Positions 1 through 13,400 of a stretch of DNA of 64,000 nucleotides are shown piece after piece (the first letter of the stretch is position 1; every line of letters starts with the position of its first letter). The stretch lies in assembly GCA_964188305.1 (NCBI GenBank), contig OZ076889.1. The stretch is one strand, 5' to 3'. Under the pieces are notes generated by a model. The model searched no databases. It saw only the letters and a list, made by a program, of their open reading frames with translations, and was not told the origin of the DNA. Position numbers and translations under genes: made by a program. The stretch is from Podarcis bocagei. Lineage: Eukaryota.

Positions 1-947
1 TTTCTTCCCTTAGACGTTCTTTAAAAAGACAAAGGATTATTTATAGATCACTGAGAAATGTTAAATGAGTTCATTGAATATTCTGTTAATATGTAGAGAT
101 GGAAAAACAAAAGATGCCATCCTAAGAATTCTTTTGTTTCTTCTCTTTCTCATCAGAGTATCAAAGATAAATAACAAACTTGAAAGACTGCTTGCAGGTT
201 TGGCTAAGAAGGAAACCAGGCTCTTGTTCAATGGGGAGCAAAGACGGTTTAGTGGAGACAGGAGAACGGTCTGTTCATACAGAAAGGGACATGGATCAAC
301 TATTCTCTTCAGGCAGTGAAGACAAAAAAAAAAGCAAGACTGGCTTGAATGGCAATAGACAGAATACCAGTTTAAGAATAAAAGTGGAAAATCTTTGTAA
401 ACACTTATGGGTTATGAAACAGCAGAACAAGTGGAACAGAATGGCGTATGGTAAGGTTGGGGGTGGGGAAATATAATACAGATTTCCCCAACAAGAGAGA
501 TGGATATTATGTGTAGTGGAGTAAGGGGGGTTTAGCAGTGCCGCCTTATCTGCTCCAGATCAAGTGTTGAAAGAACCAACACATTGGAAAACAAGCCCTC
601 AGAATGGCTCACAGATTCTCACTGCCTAAGATTATTCTTTTCAATTCCTGCCATGTATCAGAATTTATTTTCTTCCTGATCAACTTTAAAGGTGTGTAAT
701 CATGCGAAATGTAGTCTCTGACAGCACAATTTTAATTCTTGCCAACCACTCGACAAGCAATTGGTACAGCAGGAGCAGAGTGCAAGTTCCTACTGTCTCC
801 TTAGCTTAATAGATTCATTGCTATCACCATTCCATGAATTACTTCATTTATAAACACGGTATTAAAATGTTATCAACTTCTTGGCTGAAACACAATTGAA
901 AGAACTGAACCTGAAGTTACATCACCCAGTTACTGTGTGTACTTAAT

Positions 948-1125
948 AACATAGGAAGTTGCCTTAATCAGACCAGTGGTCCATCTAGCACAATATTGTT
1001 TTCTGTGCTGACTGGCAGACACTCTCCATGGTTTCAGGCAGGGGCATTCCCAGTCCTACCTGGAGATACTGGTGATTGAACCTTAGGACTTCTGCATGTG
1101 TTCTGCCACTGAGCTATGGCCCATC
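948..1125 (-). mobile_element. tRNA-headed SINE with CR1-like 3' tail (degraded)
   Basis: Reverse complement starts gggccatagctcagtggcagaacac (A box), has a B-box-like ggtttcaatc, and ends ...acttcctatgtt like CR1 tails. Confidence 0.7.
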
Positions 1126-1207
1126 CCAACAACCTTGTCTTAGCCATGCAGTCTCTATCTGATCCCTCATATTCTAATCCTTGTGGGCAATTGGATTTTG
1201 TAATCTA

Positions 1208-1439
1208 CAGTGGTACCTCGGGTTAAGAACTTAATTTGTTCTGGAGGTCCGTTCTTAACCTGAAACTGTTGTTAACCTGAGGTACCACTTTAGCTAATGG
1301 GGCCCCTGCGCTGCCGCCACGCAATTTCTGTTCTCATCCTGAAGCAAAGTTCTTAACCCAAGGTACTATTTCTGGGTTAGTGGAGTCTGTAACCTGAAGT
1401 GTCTGTAACCTGAAGCACCTGTAGCCCAAGGTACCACTG
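1208..1439. mobile_element. Tc1/mariner (Tigger/pogo-like) MITE
   Basis: TIRs CAGTGGTACCTCGGGT / gcccaAGGTACCACTG, flanked by TA on both sides. Confidence 0.9.
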
Positions 1440-2556
1440 TATTCCTTTCTTTATATCCCACTTCTGTGCTACATCTGAGGAAGATTTCAGTTTGGATTCT
1501 TATAAGCTTAGTGTTCAGTGCCATTTCTAGCTATAAACATTGTGAAATTGTTTTCTTGCGCAAATGTGCAAGAACTGGGGAGCCTGTGGCTCTCCAGTTA
1601 GCAAATTACTATCATTCCTGATCATTGGCCATAGTGGCCGGGGCTGAGCGGAGTCCCAACAATATTCGAAGGGCCACTGTTTCTCCACCCTTGGATGTAG
1701 AACCAGTCCATAGAGCCGAGTCATAGTCAGAAGTAATACTTACATTGTTTGGGTGTTTCCCTTTTTTGCATTTTTGCTTGTTTGTTCTGAGGCTTCTCTG
1801 TGTTTGAAGTCTTCTCTTTACTGAACCAGTGACACCATCACACTAGTCTCCCTTTTTGAAATTTGCTTTTGCAAATTAATATACTTACTATCTGTACTGA
1901 AAGAAATAATCAAATTGATATTAACAGGATATACAGTAATCTGTGATTAGGTTTAGAAGTGTGAAAGTGGTTTGTTGTCTCAAATTTGTTTTTGTTTTTT
2001 AAAGTGTAGTGAGGAAAGCATGGTTTATCTGATGTGAGAAAAAGCAGTACATTCCTTCCATAAGCAGAGACCATTCAAGGGTATTGGTGGAGAAGGAATT
2101 TCTAAGCGGCTCTGCCATTCTGGTTACTGGTAGAAAGCTCAGTCAAGCACAAGCACTATTGTCGGCTAGCTGGGAGCACCATACTGACCAGAAGAATGGG
2201 ATAGGATCTCAACAGCTCATTAGACCTTAAAATGTTTTTGAGTTAACAATTCTAGCTTTTCAATCCCAATGTACTTGCCTACATTGCATATATTGTCTTC
2301 TGGGCTTCAAGTATATTTGCTATGCCCTAAAGAAAGCTTTCTCTAAGGTTTATCGGTTCAGCTCTGTACATATACTTTTTCTGTCTAAAAGGGGAATTCT
2401 GTCGGTAAATGAATTAAGTGCTGCTAGCAATAGCGAAATTGTCCTCCAGCATTGAGGGAGGCTCACCTGGCACCATTTGTTACATATCTTTAAGTGCCAG
2501 GCAAAAACATTCCTCTTCTCCCATGCCTTTGGCTAATTATACAATCTATGCCCTTT

Positions 2557-2716
2557 TCTGTGCGGTGCTCTGGTTCTCCAGAAGCGGCTTAGTCATGCTG
2601 GCCACATGACCCGGAAGCTGTATGCCGGCTCCCTCGGCCAGTAAAGCGAGATGAGCACCGCAGCCCCAGAGTCGTCCGCGACTGGACCTAACAGTCAGGG
2701 GTCCCTTTACCTTTAC
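2557..2716 (+). mobile_element. Sauria SINE, 5'-truncated
   Basis: Body gcggcttagtcatgctggccacatgacccggaag...ggtccctttacctttacc. 11-bp TSD CTATGCCCTTT at 2546-2556 and 2717-2727. Confidence 0.9.
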
Positions 2717-2759
2717 CTATGCCCTTTAAAACTCTGTGTGTGTGGAATTGTTTTGGTTT

Positions 2760-2855
2760 GTTATTGTGCCATATATTGTTGTGTTTTTATATAGTAAATC
2801 ACCCTGTAATCTTTGGATGAAGGGCACTATAGAAATTTAATTAATAAATAAATTA
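2760..2855 (+). mobile_element. L2-type 3' tail fragment
   Basis: gtaaatcaccctg...gatgaagggcactatagaaattt followed by (aata)n; similar to the tail near 55390-55420. Confidence 0.5.
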
Positions 2856-3574
2856 GCACTGAACAGTAAGTTGCAGCCGTAAAAGTCAATGTGTAGAAAC
2901 GTAGCAATCAGTTGCAGGTTCAAAGTAGTGAGTATTTGACATCATGGATGTCGGGGCTGCTTCTTCATAGAGGATTGCTAAGTTTGAAGTGCAAAACACT
3001 TTAACGGGTTACCCTTATTTCCATAAATCATCATTGAAATATGTTGATCATCAGTATTTAAAAGGGCTCAATTAAAAGTTCAAACATATTACGATGCACA
3101 GCTAATAAAGGGCCTGATATGAAATGCAATAGCACTTGGGTGACATTGTGCCAGCCCCATTGCTAATGACCAAAATATTAAAAGACTTATTGAAGTTCAG
3201 TCATCAATCAAGGTAAATAGATTCTTGCGGCAAAGAATGTAAATGTGCTTCTTTGATATGGTGTGAATACAAACTATCCAGACCGCCTCTTTGTGCTTGT
3301 ATCTACTGTTATCAATATATGAACAGCTGGACTAATATGGCAATGGGGAAGAGGGGTGATAATTAACGTTTCATTTCCTAATTGCTGGATAGAGCTATCA
3401 TGACAATCCTGATTACTGAATTGGTCTTCTAATTGCACCTTCTTTTTTCTTTTCAAGTTGCATCCCAACATGGTGTTTCATGCACATTCATGCAGCCAAA
3501 AAATGAAATTAAGTAATGATTAAGTAAAATTAAGTAAAATACAAAGCATGTGCAAATATAAAGTGGTTTAACTG

Positions 3575-4620
3575 TCCTTGCTTCTACTCCCACATGCTCT
3601 TCAACATCTACATGAAGCTATTGGGAATGGTCATCGGAGGATTTGGAGCTCAGGGTCACCAATGTGTGCATGACACCCAGCTCTACTTTTTCATACCATC
3701 TGAAACTGATGAAACTGTGCAGTGCTGAACAAGTGCCTGGAGGCAGCAATGGTTTGGATGAGTGCTAACAAACTGAAGCTTAATTCTGACAAGATGGAGG
3801 CACTTTTTTTAGTGATTCCTATGTTCAGAAATCTAATGAACATCCTGTTTTAAATGGCGTTGCACACCTCCTGAAATAGCAGGTTTACAGCCTGAGGATA
3901 CTCCTAGATGTAGTATTGTTATGGGGCCCAGGAAACACCAGTGATAAGGAATCAGCTATGCAGGGCCGTCTTCACCCGGGGGCACCAAATGTGTACCCAC
4001 TTCATACCGGTCCCCTCCTCCATTGCTCTGTTACTTCATAGCATCAAACAAAAGCAGTTGGGGTTTTTTTTGCTGCATCGTTGTTACAGGCGAGTGGGGG
4101 GGCGGCACTAGGCAGATCTTTGCACCCCGGCAGCGCATATGCTAAAGACAGCCCTGTAGCTATGGCTGATTTACCAGCTTTGACTGTTCCTGAACCATGA
4201 TAGTCTTATTATGGTAATCCATTTTCTAGTTACCTCACGTTTAGGCTACTGTATGTTGGGCTTCAATTGGAAGATAATTCGGAAACTTCAGCAAAGACTG
4301 CTGACAGGTACATTTGTGCAGAGTCATGTAACAGCAATTCTTCAGGATCAGCACTGGCTGCCTATGAAGCCAGGTTTAAGGTGTTAATGATGATATATGA
4401 AGCCCTAACTTACTTGGAATCTAAATATTTGACAGAGTCTCTCTCCTCTTGTAATACAACCCAGGGGCTGAGACCAGTAGCAAGTTTAACGCACTGTGTG
4501 ATGGCCACAGGCTATGGCCTTCTCTGTTGTGGCACCCCAACTCCAGAATTCAGTGTAGACGGCTTCACTGTTAGGCTGTTGGCACCAGGTTAAGAGGCAC
4601 GTGTTCATCCCAAGTGTTCA
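3575..4620 (+). mobile_element. Degraded L2 LINE reverse-transcriptase/ORF2 fragment, interrupted by a hAT MITE
   Basis: Decayed motifs LFNIYMK, (YA)DDTQL (gcatgacacccagctctac), NKLKLN(P)DK, RL(D)YC, (L)HWLP and FKVL, with many frameshifts. Confidence 0.8.
3961..4156. mobile_element. hAT-type MITE nested in L2
   Basis: TIRs CAGGGCCGTCTT / AAGACAGCCCTG. 8-bp TSD cagctatg (3953-3960) / tagctatg (4157-4164), one mismatch. Confidence 0.85.
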
Positions 4621-5389
4621 GAGGAGTTTGATCTGATTATTCAAGATTTTAGCCCTGCTGTTGTGCACTTACAGTATAAAATGTTTATCTTTAGAAAACT
4701 TTTGGTTGCTATTTTAGTGTTTTCTAAAATAACTCTTACTTTTTATTGTTGTGAGATCTTAACTTATTATACTATTTACTTTATTTTGTAATCTTATTTT
4801 ATATAGTGGCCTGGTCCACAAATAATGCTAAATCATTAGTTAACATTAATAACCGTAGTTAATGTTAACCATAATTATAAAAATGCCAGTTCAAGCTGAG
4901 GCATCAGGTAGACTATCATTTATTAGTACAGAATACAGGCAATCCTCGTTTTGTGCGGAGGTTACTTCCAGGTTCAGCACCATTTGCCCGTGGACAATTG
5001 CGTGTCATTCAGACTTGCCTAAATCAGTTGTTGCCTGTAGCTAAAAGTATCAGAGAGAGCAACCTTGAGAGCAGCTTGATTTTTATTTTTTATTGCCACT
5101 CTTCACTCTCTGCTGTGGACTATGAGAGCTCCATAACCATAAAGTAATGGCAGAGATTTGAGTTTGCATGTGCTCGGCCGCCCACCCAGCAAATGAAGAC
5201 ACATGACAAAGAAGCACTTGCAGCAGCTCCCATGGTGCTCCAGGTACCCATGCACGCACACTTCTCGCCTTTAGGCAGCTTCCCCCAGATTTGTGCCCTG
5301 TGGAGTAGTTGCAGTAACCATGTTCCCCACCATCTTATGTACCCTTGTCTGATGGTGGCATGCACATCCTGAGGCTCCACCTACACAGA

Positions 5390-5668
5390 AGCCATTAATT
5401 CTCTTCCTCTTCAAGCCCCTCCTGGTTCTAGGAGACATTGGGGTGGGGGGTAGCAGAGAGTCAGCCTGAACAATCTCTTCCTCTTCTGCCACATCCTGTG
5501 TTCTTCCCTCCATCTGAGACTCCCCTTCCCCTTCCTCCTCCTCTTTTCTCAGATCCTGCCTTGCAGGCAGCATCAAACCCCCATAGATTGCTGGCCCTCT
5601 CTTCTGGGTCCCACTCTTGGCCCCCTGCCTCTGCCACACACTCTTCAGAATGCTGCTAGTCCCTGACA
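5390..5668 (-). mobile_element. Possible LTR-like repeat fragment
   Basis: Minus strand begins TGTCAGGGA and is purine-rich. No second terminus or TSD seen. Confidence 0.3.
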
Positions 5669-6689
5669 GTATGTAATGCTAATCTATGGTTAATGTTAAC
5701 AAAGGTTTATAAAACAACTACAAGCAACTTTTAGCCATAATAAACAAACCAAAAACCACTGGCTGGTATCACACATTAAAGTTGTGGTTTAATAAACCAT
5801 GGTTTAGTGTTATATGCAAGCCAAGCCAATGCATTGTAAACCACCCTGCGCTCTTTATTTGATGATGAGTAGTTTAAAAGTCAAACAAACAAACAAACCT
5901 TGCAGACTGAAGTTCTATGACAGCTACAGATGCTTACTTGATGGAAACCAAGTAAATGGAATATAGATTCCTTTTTATTTGAACCCATCATTAATATTTG
6001 TCTCTCATCAAATCAAACTGGTCCTCCACTGGTTAATTGACTTAAAATGATTAATTTATCTTCTGATTAAAAAATGCCATCCTGTTAATGTATAAAATAC
6101 GTCATGTGAAGTGTATGATTTCTGCACTAATAACTGGAATGCTGGGCAAAAAAAAAATGTGGGTGGGGTGAGATTCACTGCTAATTTTTTTATCCTTTTG
6201 GCGATACATATGATATTGATAGTTCAAAACTGAGTCCAAAAGCAGTGATGTTATTTTATAATAATCTGGTATCAGTGCAATTGTTTGTTATTTGGATAAA
6301 TAGCTATAGATTTAGAAGGGGCAGTCAGTTTCAAGATATGATGATCCAAATTCTATATTGTTGTAAGCTTACATGTTGCTTAGGAAGTCACGCTTATTAT
6401 CAGGCACCAGCTTGTGTTGCTTTGGGAGGCATAATCCCCACAGGGTTGAGATTTCTCATTCTTAAATTATAAAATAACTCAAAGGTGGTTCTGATTTATC
6501 TAGAAATGCACAAACTATGCATGCTGTGTAGCCCTCTTAACAACACAGCAGTGCTTGGTAAATACTGCTTCTCTAAACAGCGCCACAATAAGAACGGGAT
6601 GTTGGGGGGTAACTGTGGCTAAACCCCAACTCCACTAAAGTCAACAGCATAATTCCTTTGAAGCTTAAGATAGCTGGAATTGTGCCCCT

Positions 6690-8460
6690 GTGCACGCACA
6701 CCTGACACTGTAATGTGCCTTGTTAGAACAAAGTATTATCGACAGGAACTTGTTGGAGACATCATTGCTCACTGCAGCTTCATCTTCAGAAGGCCTGGTG
6801 TCATCAATGGTTTGTCCCAGGCACAAAGATAGTAAAAAAGATTCTCCAGGGATCCTGGAGTGCGGTCTCGAGCCAGGGATTGCCTCTCCCTCTGGCTGGA
6901 TAGGCAGGGTCCAGTTTAACAATTCTCCGGTGGGGCATCCCAGTCTCCCCAGACCAGCCTTGCCTTGGTCCAGAGTGGCTGGGTCTGCTGGAGCTCCACT
7001 TTCACTTTCATCTTTTTTTGGGGGGGGGGTGTTCCTTTTCCTTCTCTCCTTCCTTCTCCTTCCTGCACTTCTTACCTTCCTCCCCTCTATCCCCGTTCTC
7101 ACCTGATCCATAATGCATGGGGGGGGGGGCAATTGATACAGTTTCATCCAGATCTTTGTTGGAACTTTCCGTGCTGTCAAGAGAAAAGTTTGTTTGCACT
7201 CCCTGGTTGAAGGAACCAGACAGAGGCAAGATGCATTTGGTTAAGATAGAATACACAGCAGTAACTGTTAATTTAAGGAAACCATTGAAGGATAGATGGG
7301 AAGTCAGTCAATTGTATATATAGGTATATTTCTTTTTGTGTGTGTATGTTTTTGTTTCTTTATTTGTCATGTTTGTATTTTACTTATCTCCACTACTATC
7401 TCCACTCAACTGCTTATCTTTACAAACATGATGTGTGTGTGTGTGTGTGTGTGGAGACAAGTGATGTTGTGGATCTCAAAAGACTGAACAAAAGGGTGAC
7501 ATACATTAAATTCAAAATGGAGACTCTCAAATCAACCACAGAAACTGTTGAGTGGAACTACTGGTTCGTTTTGATAGATTTGTTGAAAGCATATCTCAGT
7601 GTTACAAAACACAGCAAAGTATCACAGATTCTGCTATGGAAACAGGCACTTCCAGTACCCTTCACTCTCCTTTGGATTAAAATCACCCCCAGGGGTCTGT
7701 CTTTACCAAGATCCTGGTCATGGTACATGCGGACTCAGTGAATCGATATCTGAACAGTGTTTTGATCAGAGCATCCTCACAGGAGCAATGTAAGAAGGAC
7801 ATTCAGATCACCCTGTTGTGCCCGCAACACCATGGCTTTGTAGTGAACATGAAAAAGAATGGTTTGATCCTGATGCAGAACATTGTGCTTTTGGGGGTTT
7901 AGATCAGTTCTTAACAATTCCAGCTGCATCTGACCTCGGAATGGGTAAATCCCAGTGTCATAACTGCCCTCCAGGATTCCTAGGGGGAAACAAATTCTTG
8001 AATTTCTGTTCCCTGGGTTCCTGAAAAGTAGTCATGAGGCTGAGATTGCCCCTTCCTCTGGCTGGACAGGCAAGGTACACTTTAATGATCCTCCTCAGGA
8101 GAGGGGCCACACTAGTCTCCCCAGACCAGCTGGAAGAACCAGGATGATCCCTCTGCCCCAAAGGCCATATCTCATAGCTGCATTCCAGCCTCTACAAGTA
8201 ATTGTCAAAATACTAGCTGCCAGGAACAAACAGAAGGCCAAGAAGACCACGGAACAGTGAATAACAGACAAAGAACAGTGAGCAATAGAAAGATTAGCTG
8301 GAATTCCCACTGGATACCCTAATCTAACTCCCATCCTCAAAATGCAGATCCCATAGTGGGCATGAACAGTCTCTGGCCTATGAGGCGGATACTGCTCTCC
8401 AGAAACCCTTGGAAAAGAAATTCACGGCAAGAGGAGACTTAAAGCACTTTCCTTGCTATC
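6690..8460 (+). mobile_element. Degraded DIRS-like (tyrosine-recombinase) retrotransposon remnants
   Basis: Frameshifted RT motifs at about 7453-7900: VVDLKRLNK..FKMETL, IDLLKAY, RFCYGNRHFQY..LSFGL, YLNSVLIR (decayed YLDD), HGFVVNMKK..LG. RNase-H-like start near 7920. Gag-like DPIV...LQKPLEKK near 8345-8425. Outer boundaries approximate. Confidence 0.75.
7432..7452. repeat. (TG)n microsatellite
   Basis: Read directly from sequence. Confidence 0.95.
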
Positions 8461-9568
8461 TGAATGCGTGGTTGAAGGAGGTGGGTACATGTTGCAGGGA
8501 TAGTGCTTGATTATCCTGTTGTGCCCCAAGGCTAGTGCAATTTATTTCCATGAAATATTAAATAATCAGAGAGAGATGGGTAGAAGATTAAAGACAAAGG
8601 TAGTATAATTTATCAGTTTATTCTAAGTGTGAGACTTATCCTGCTGCTTGCCTTTGGCTACATGCCTATTTTTGCACTTATTTTCTCTGTCTCTCTGCAT
8701 CTAAAAACTAGACTGTGCTGCTCCCAGTGTCAATCCTAAAGCTATGTTGGAGCACTATTATGAGTGACGAGCTGATATATTTTTCTGTAAGGATGTGTTT
8801 AAACAATTCTAGCTGGAAGCAAAACTTCCTGTAACTAGGAATTAGAAATGCTCCTGTTGACCAACCAAGCAATAATATAGAATTTGGGAACTGATGATCA
8901 TGTTTGAATTGGCCAGCTAGGAACCCCTCCTCCAAAAAACAACAACCCTGAAACCAATGACTGTCTAGTCCTCTTTTATTTCATGCATAGTCTTTGCCAG
9001 ATACAGAGAATATTCTTGCCAGATACATGTGGGCCTTGGGTCTGAACTGATGCATAAAGTTGTTAAGCCTTTTCACTTGACTTTTCACTATGAATAAACA
9101 TTCAGAAATCCTCTTTTCTTCTTCCATTTTCCTTTTTTGCCTGATTGTTTTTGATAATATATATTTTAACAGTTTTGATGCTAGTATGTTTTCGTGTTTT
9201 GAAAGTGTTTTCTTAAATTCCTTTTTATTTTATATGTGTTCCTTTATTTAGATATGTATATTCATTTTGTCTTTGTTGCAAATGTTGTTCACATGGGGTG
9301 GTAGTCAACGAAATGTTACTCAGAGCAGGCCCATTGAAATTAATGACACCTCACTTAAATTAGCCTACTCTTGAGTAAAACTTAGCAGTCTACCACCCAT
9401 TGTCTGTATTATTTTATATTGTCTGTTTGTGTGTCTTGGGGGAAAACAGTTCAGTAAAAATATTTTATTTGTTAGCTTTTTAAAAACAACAAGTAGTGGC
9501 CTGAATGTTCTGGCCACCACAGTAATTGGCAGCCCGCTGGTGAATTCCTCACCTCTACCACAATGTTT

Positions 9569-9800
9569 CTCCTGCCAACATAGCAGTTTGAAAGCACGTC
9601 AGAGTGCAAGTAGATAAATACCTTACCGGTGGGAAGGTAAACGGCGTTTCCGTGCGCTGCTCTGGTTCGCCAGAAGCGGCAAAATCATGCTGGCCACATG
9701 TACGCCTGCTCCCTCGGCCAATAAAGCGAGATGAGCGCCACAACCCCAGAGTCGGCCACGACTGGACCCTAATGGTCAGGGGTCCGTTTACCTTTACCTT
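9569..9800 (+). mobile_element. Sauria SINE, 5'-truncated
   Basis: Same body as 2557-2716 with an (ACCTTT)n tail. 13-bp TSD TACCACAATGTTT at 9556-9568 and 9801-9813. Confidence 0.92.
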
Positions 9801-10038
9801 TACCACAATGTTTAGTATAATTCGCTTTCTGAATTTGGGGTGGGCAGTTGTTTATTTATTTATTAGAATAATTTTTTTTCCACACAAAAAACAAAGAAGA
9901 GCTAAGGGCAGCTGACAACATTTAGGATTTCAGTATAAGCATACTAATCCAGCTAGGGGCCCTACACAATCAGAAGAAGGCTACTGGGCATGTTTCTCTG
10001 TCTGGATGAGGATTCACACAGAGGGATTTTTTGAAAAA

Positions 10039-10407
10039 GCCTTGTTCACACATAACATTAAGTTAATGCTTAGTATCAAGATGTGCGCTCCCAGGGAAGA
10101 GGTTACAGCCACTTTGATCCTTCCTGGTCCTTTTAGTATAGTGTGACAGCTAAGCCAAGGTTTGGCTCAGTGTGACATCTGCACCCAGAATTGTTCCTAA
10201 GCTTAGTTCTCTTTAACTGAGCTTTGTCTTGGGTGCAAACTGTGGTTTAGGAAGAGAGAACTTGACTACGATACCAGGTTCAGATGATATGCTGAGCCAA
10301 ACCTTGCTGTGCTAAAAGTACCAAGGAGGAGCAAAACTGCTGCATCCTCTTCCCTGGAAGCCAACATGTTTTCATGGTTTGACTTAGTGTTAAATGCAAA
10401 TGTGGCC
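10039..10407. mobile_element. Old palindromic MITE (Harbinger-like family)
   Basis: Imperfect inverted ends gccttgttcacacataacattaag / cttagtgttaaatgcaaatgtggcc and an internally mirrored structure. Related to copies near 5760-5828, 30075-31857 and 43146-43370. Confidence 0.6.
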
Positions 10408-13400
10408 AAGTGCACGTGGCCCCAGTGCACGTGTAAAGCAACCTAAAGAACTGAAAGACGAAAACTCATCATAAAGATAAGGATTATTTCAGCAACGGTA
10501 TCTTGCAGTTGTGGTCTGACAAAACCTTACTGGCACTATCCCATCTTTTTATTGGTTCTTTCTCTGCCGCTGATTTATAGTATTGGCATTGGGGTTAGCT
10601 TCACCATTCATCCCCTCTTCCCCTTACATCTTTGTATTTTTTTGGCATACAGCCCAATCCTGGTTCCCCAGACATTTAGATGCTTTTGCACAAACCTCTC
10701 TTTATGAAGCCCACAAGTGCTAGCATGTGTCAGTGAAAGCCAGGCTAAGTTAGCAACATCCTCTTGGGCTCCCAGAGCATTGTTTTGCCTGCCTGTTTAA
10801 TTGGTAAGCTGCTAAGAGCTAGGCCTTCTCTTTTATTTGTGCTGTGTATGGCAATGTGAACAGTTTCAGCATTTAATAATCTCACCCTCTTTGGAGAGTA
10901 CAAGCACTTTCTAATCCTATCGAATGGTTTGAGAGGAGAGAGGCTTTCAACAGTAAATACAGTATTTCGCATGGGGCTCCCCCTCGCAGGAAAGTTCTCT
11001 ATAAGCGTCATTGTGCTCAGTCCTCCTGGTAGTGCAATTGAGCTGGCGCATGTCTGAGCACCACTGCCTGTGTGTCTTCATTCTTCCTGTAGGAAGGCAA
11101 CCTTTGGAGACATTCTCTGCTCTGGCCTCGTGTGCTTCTTTCCTGTACGTTATTATTATAAATGGATTCAAGCCAACTATTCGCTCCCAAATTCCTCTGA
11201 TCTGTGCCCCAGGAGCAGTTCTGGCAACATCCGAGAGCTGTGGAGATCTAATGGCCACTAATGATAACTACTGATTGCCTCTTACGCTGCCTGTACAAAT
11301 GTCACATTAGGCTTTAATAATGGAAAGAGAGAACAAACCATTCTTTACCTCAAGGGCTGAGAGCTGGCGATGGGGACTATCTGGCTAGTTCCTGCTTAGA
11401 AAGTACATGGTAAAGAGTACTTAGATTGAATGGGAAAAGCTCTATAGTTTATTCTTTTTTTCTAAAAAGACAGAGTTTTTAGGGCCGAACTATGTATAAT
11501 GCTTATTATGATCCTTGATTTATTAATTGCTTTTTAAGAAACCAACTCTACATGATGTTGAACACTAAATACAGCAATTTCCCCTTTTAGTGCAACCTTT
11601 GCTTCCCCACAAACTGACAGCACCAGAGGCCCAATCCAGATTGGGACCCCAGCATGAAACATTGGGAGGGCTTTGACCCTGTCCTTTGGATGCGGGGGGC
11701 TGTGCCTTTAGTTTGCGCAGAAAATAAAATATTCCACTAGTGCAAGTGTTTCTTTCCCCCCCAAATTTCAAGTACAAGGGGCCTGTTCTGGATTGGGAAA
11801 ATAGCAAGGAGGAGCAAATGGTTAAAGCTTCCATATTCCCTTTGTCAGGGTCTCAGTTTAGATCAGGCCTCACACTGGCAATTTGTGGAATAAAACACTT
11901 GCACTCAAGGGCAAACTATATGATTTATATGCCATATGTAGACATGAGCTGCCTTGTGATATAAGTTGTAATCCTGGATGTAGTATGTAGTTAGCTAACT
12001 GTGAAGAAGGTGTTTGGTAAAGCGCACTGTGTATGTAGGGCCACTGCCATCCTGCAGTATGTTTCCACAAAGTAGAAATTGACGGAGCCCCCACCCTTCT
12101 TTTCAGTGTCATTCGATTATTCTATAGCGATAGAACAATTTAAAAAATAAAATAAAATCCTACCATATTGCTCACTAGTGAAAGAGGCTGTATCTGTAGT
12201 GTGTGCTGGGCTGAAACATACACAGGTGAATAAATGTTGCCTTGGGTAAAGAGGAAGCTTCAAGAAATGTTTTGGTGGGCCAGGCAAGCAACTTAATCTG
12301 AAGCCCTGTAGCATTGGTTTGCCTTCTGTTCTTGATGATAAAACGCAAGAAGACATTGCTCTGCTGTGTTAAAACTCTGGGACAATGTGCTGCACCTGTA
12401 AGCCAAGCTCTGCTGATTAACAACAATATCTGCATAGGATGACAGGCCTGTACAACATCCCGTTGCCAAAATGTGTATGTTTTTAAGGGAGTCAGAAAGA
12501 AATTGGCAGGCCTAACAGCAAAAATGACTGTGGCTGGTGCACCTGCTGACAGAAAGTGTTGTCACTTTTCCATAGTTGTCAAGTGGAGAAGAAAATAGAG
12601 CACCAAACTGCCAGCACATCTGGCACAAACTAAAGGTAAGCATCTGTCCTCCAAACTGTCTGGCTTCACCTTAGCCAAGAACAGACTTCAGAGAAGAACT
12701 GACAGGTACCAGATGGTGTGAATGAGCCCATAGCTTAGTTGCAGTGGTGACACTGTCAGTCAAATACCCTTAGTTCAGAAACTATGTAAGAAGCTGGTTC
12801 AGACTGAACCTTATTCTGTATAATAAGTTACATCTTCAAGTGCAGGGATGGGCAGACAGTAGATTGGGATCTGCTGGTAGATCTCTGGGTGATTAAAAAT
12901 AAATTGGCAAGGGTATTTGACTCCCAGTTGTTAAATAACAGCAGCGACAAAATGACTCACATGCCCTAAATTATACTGCTGAAATTATGAAAGATTTGGG
13001 GGCAGGGGGTAAGCAGGAGTGGACTTTGTCTAGAAGGACTGTGAGCTCAGTTCAGTTCTGGTACTCAAATTCTAAGTGTATGCCATTTGCACCAGACTGG
13101 TAGATTTTGGGGTTCTAGTAAAATATCATGAAGTCACAAACCTGAAATCTGCTCTCCCTTGCCCGAGATCATCCCATGGTGATAATGCAGCTGGCTGAAC
13201 ATTCACAGAAGATTGACTAACATTGGATCTCCCTGCTGGCCTGGGACAGATTCATCTATTCTAGAATCAGTTCTCTAGTACACATTGAGGAGTGACTCAA
13301 TAAGCCTGGAGCAAGCCCTTCAGAAAAATATTGAATTGGCAGTTGTATTTGAATATATATATATCACTTTTCCAGATTCACAACATTTTAAAGCATTATT

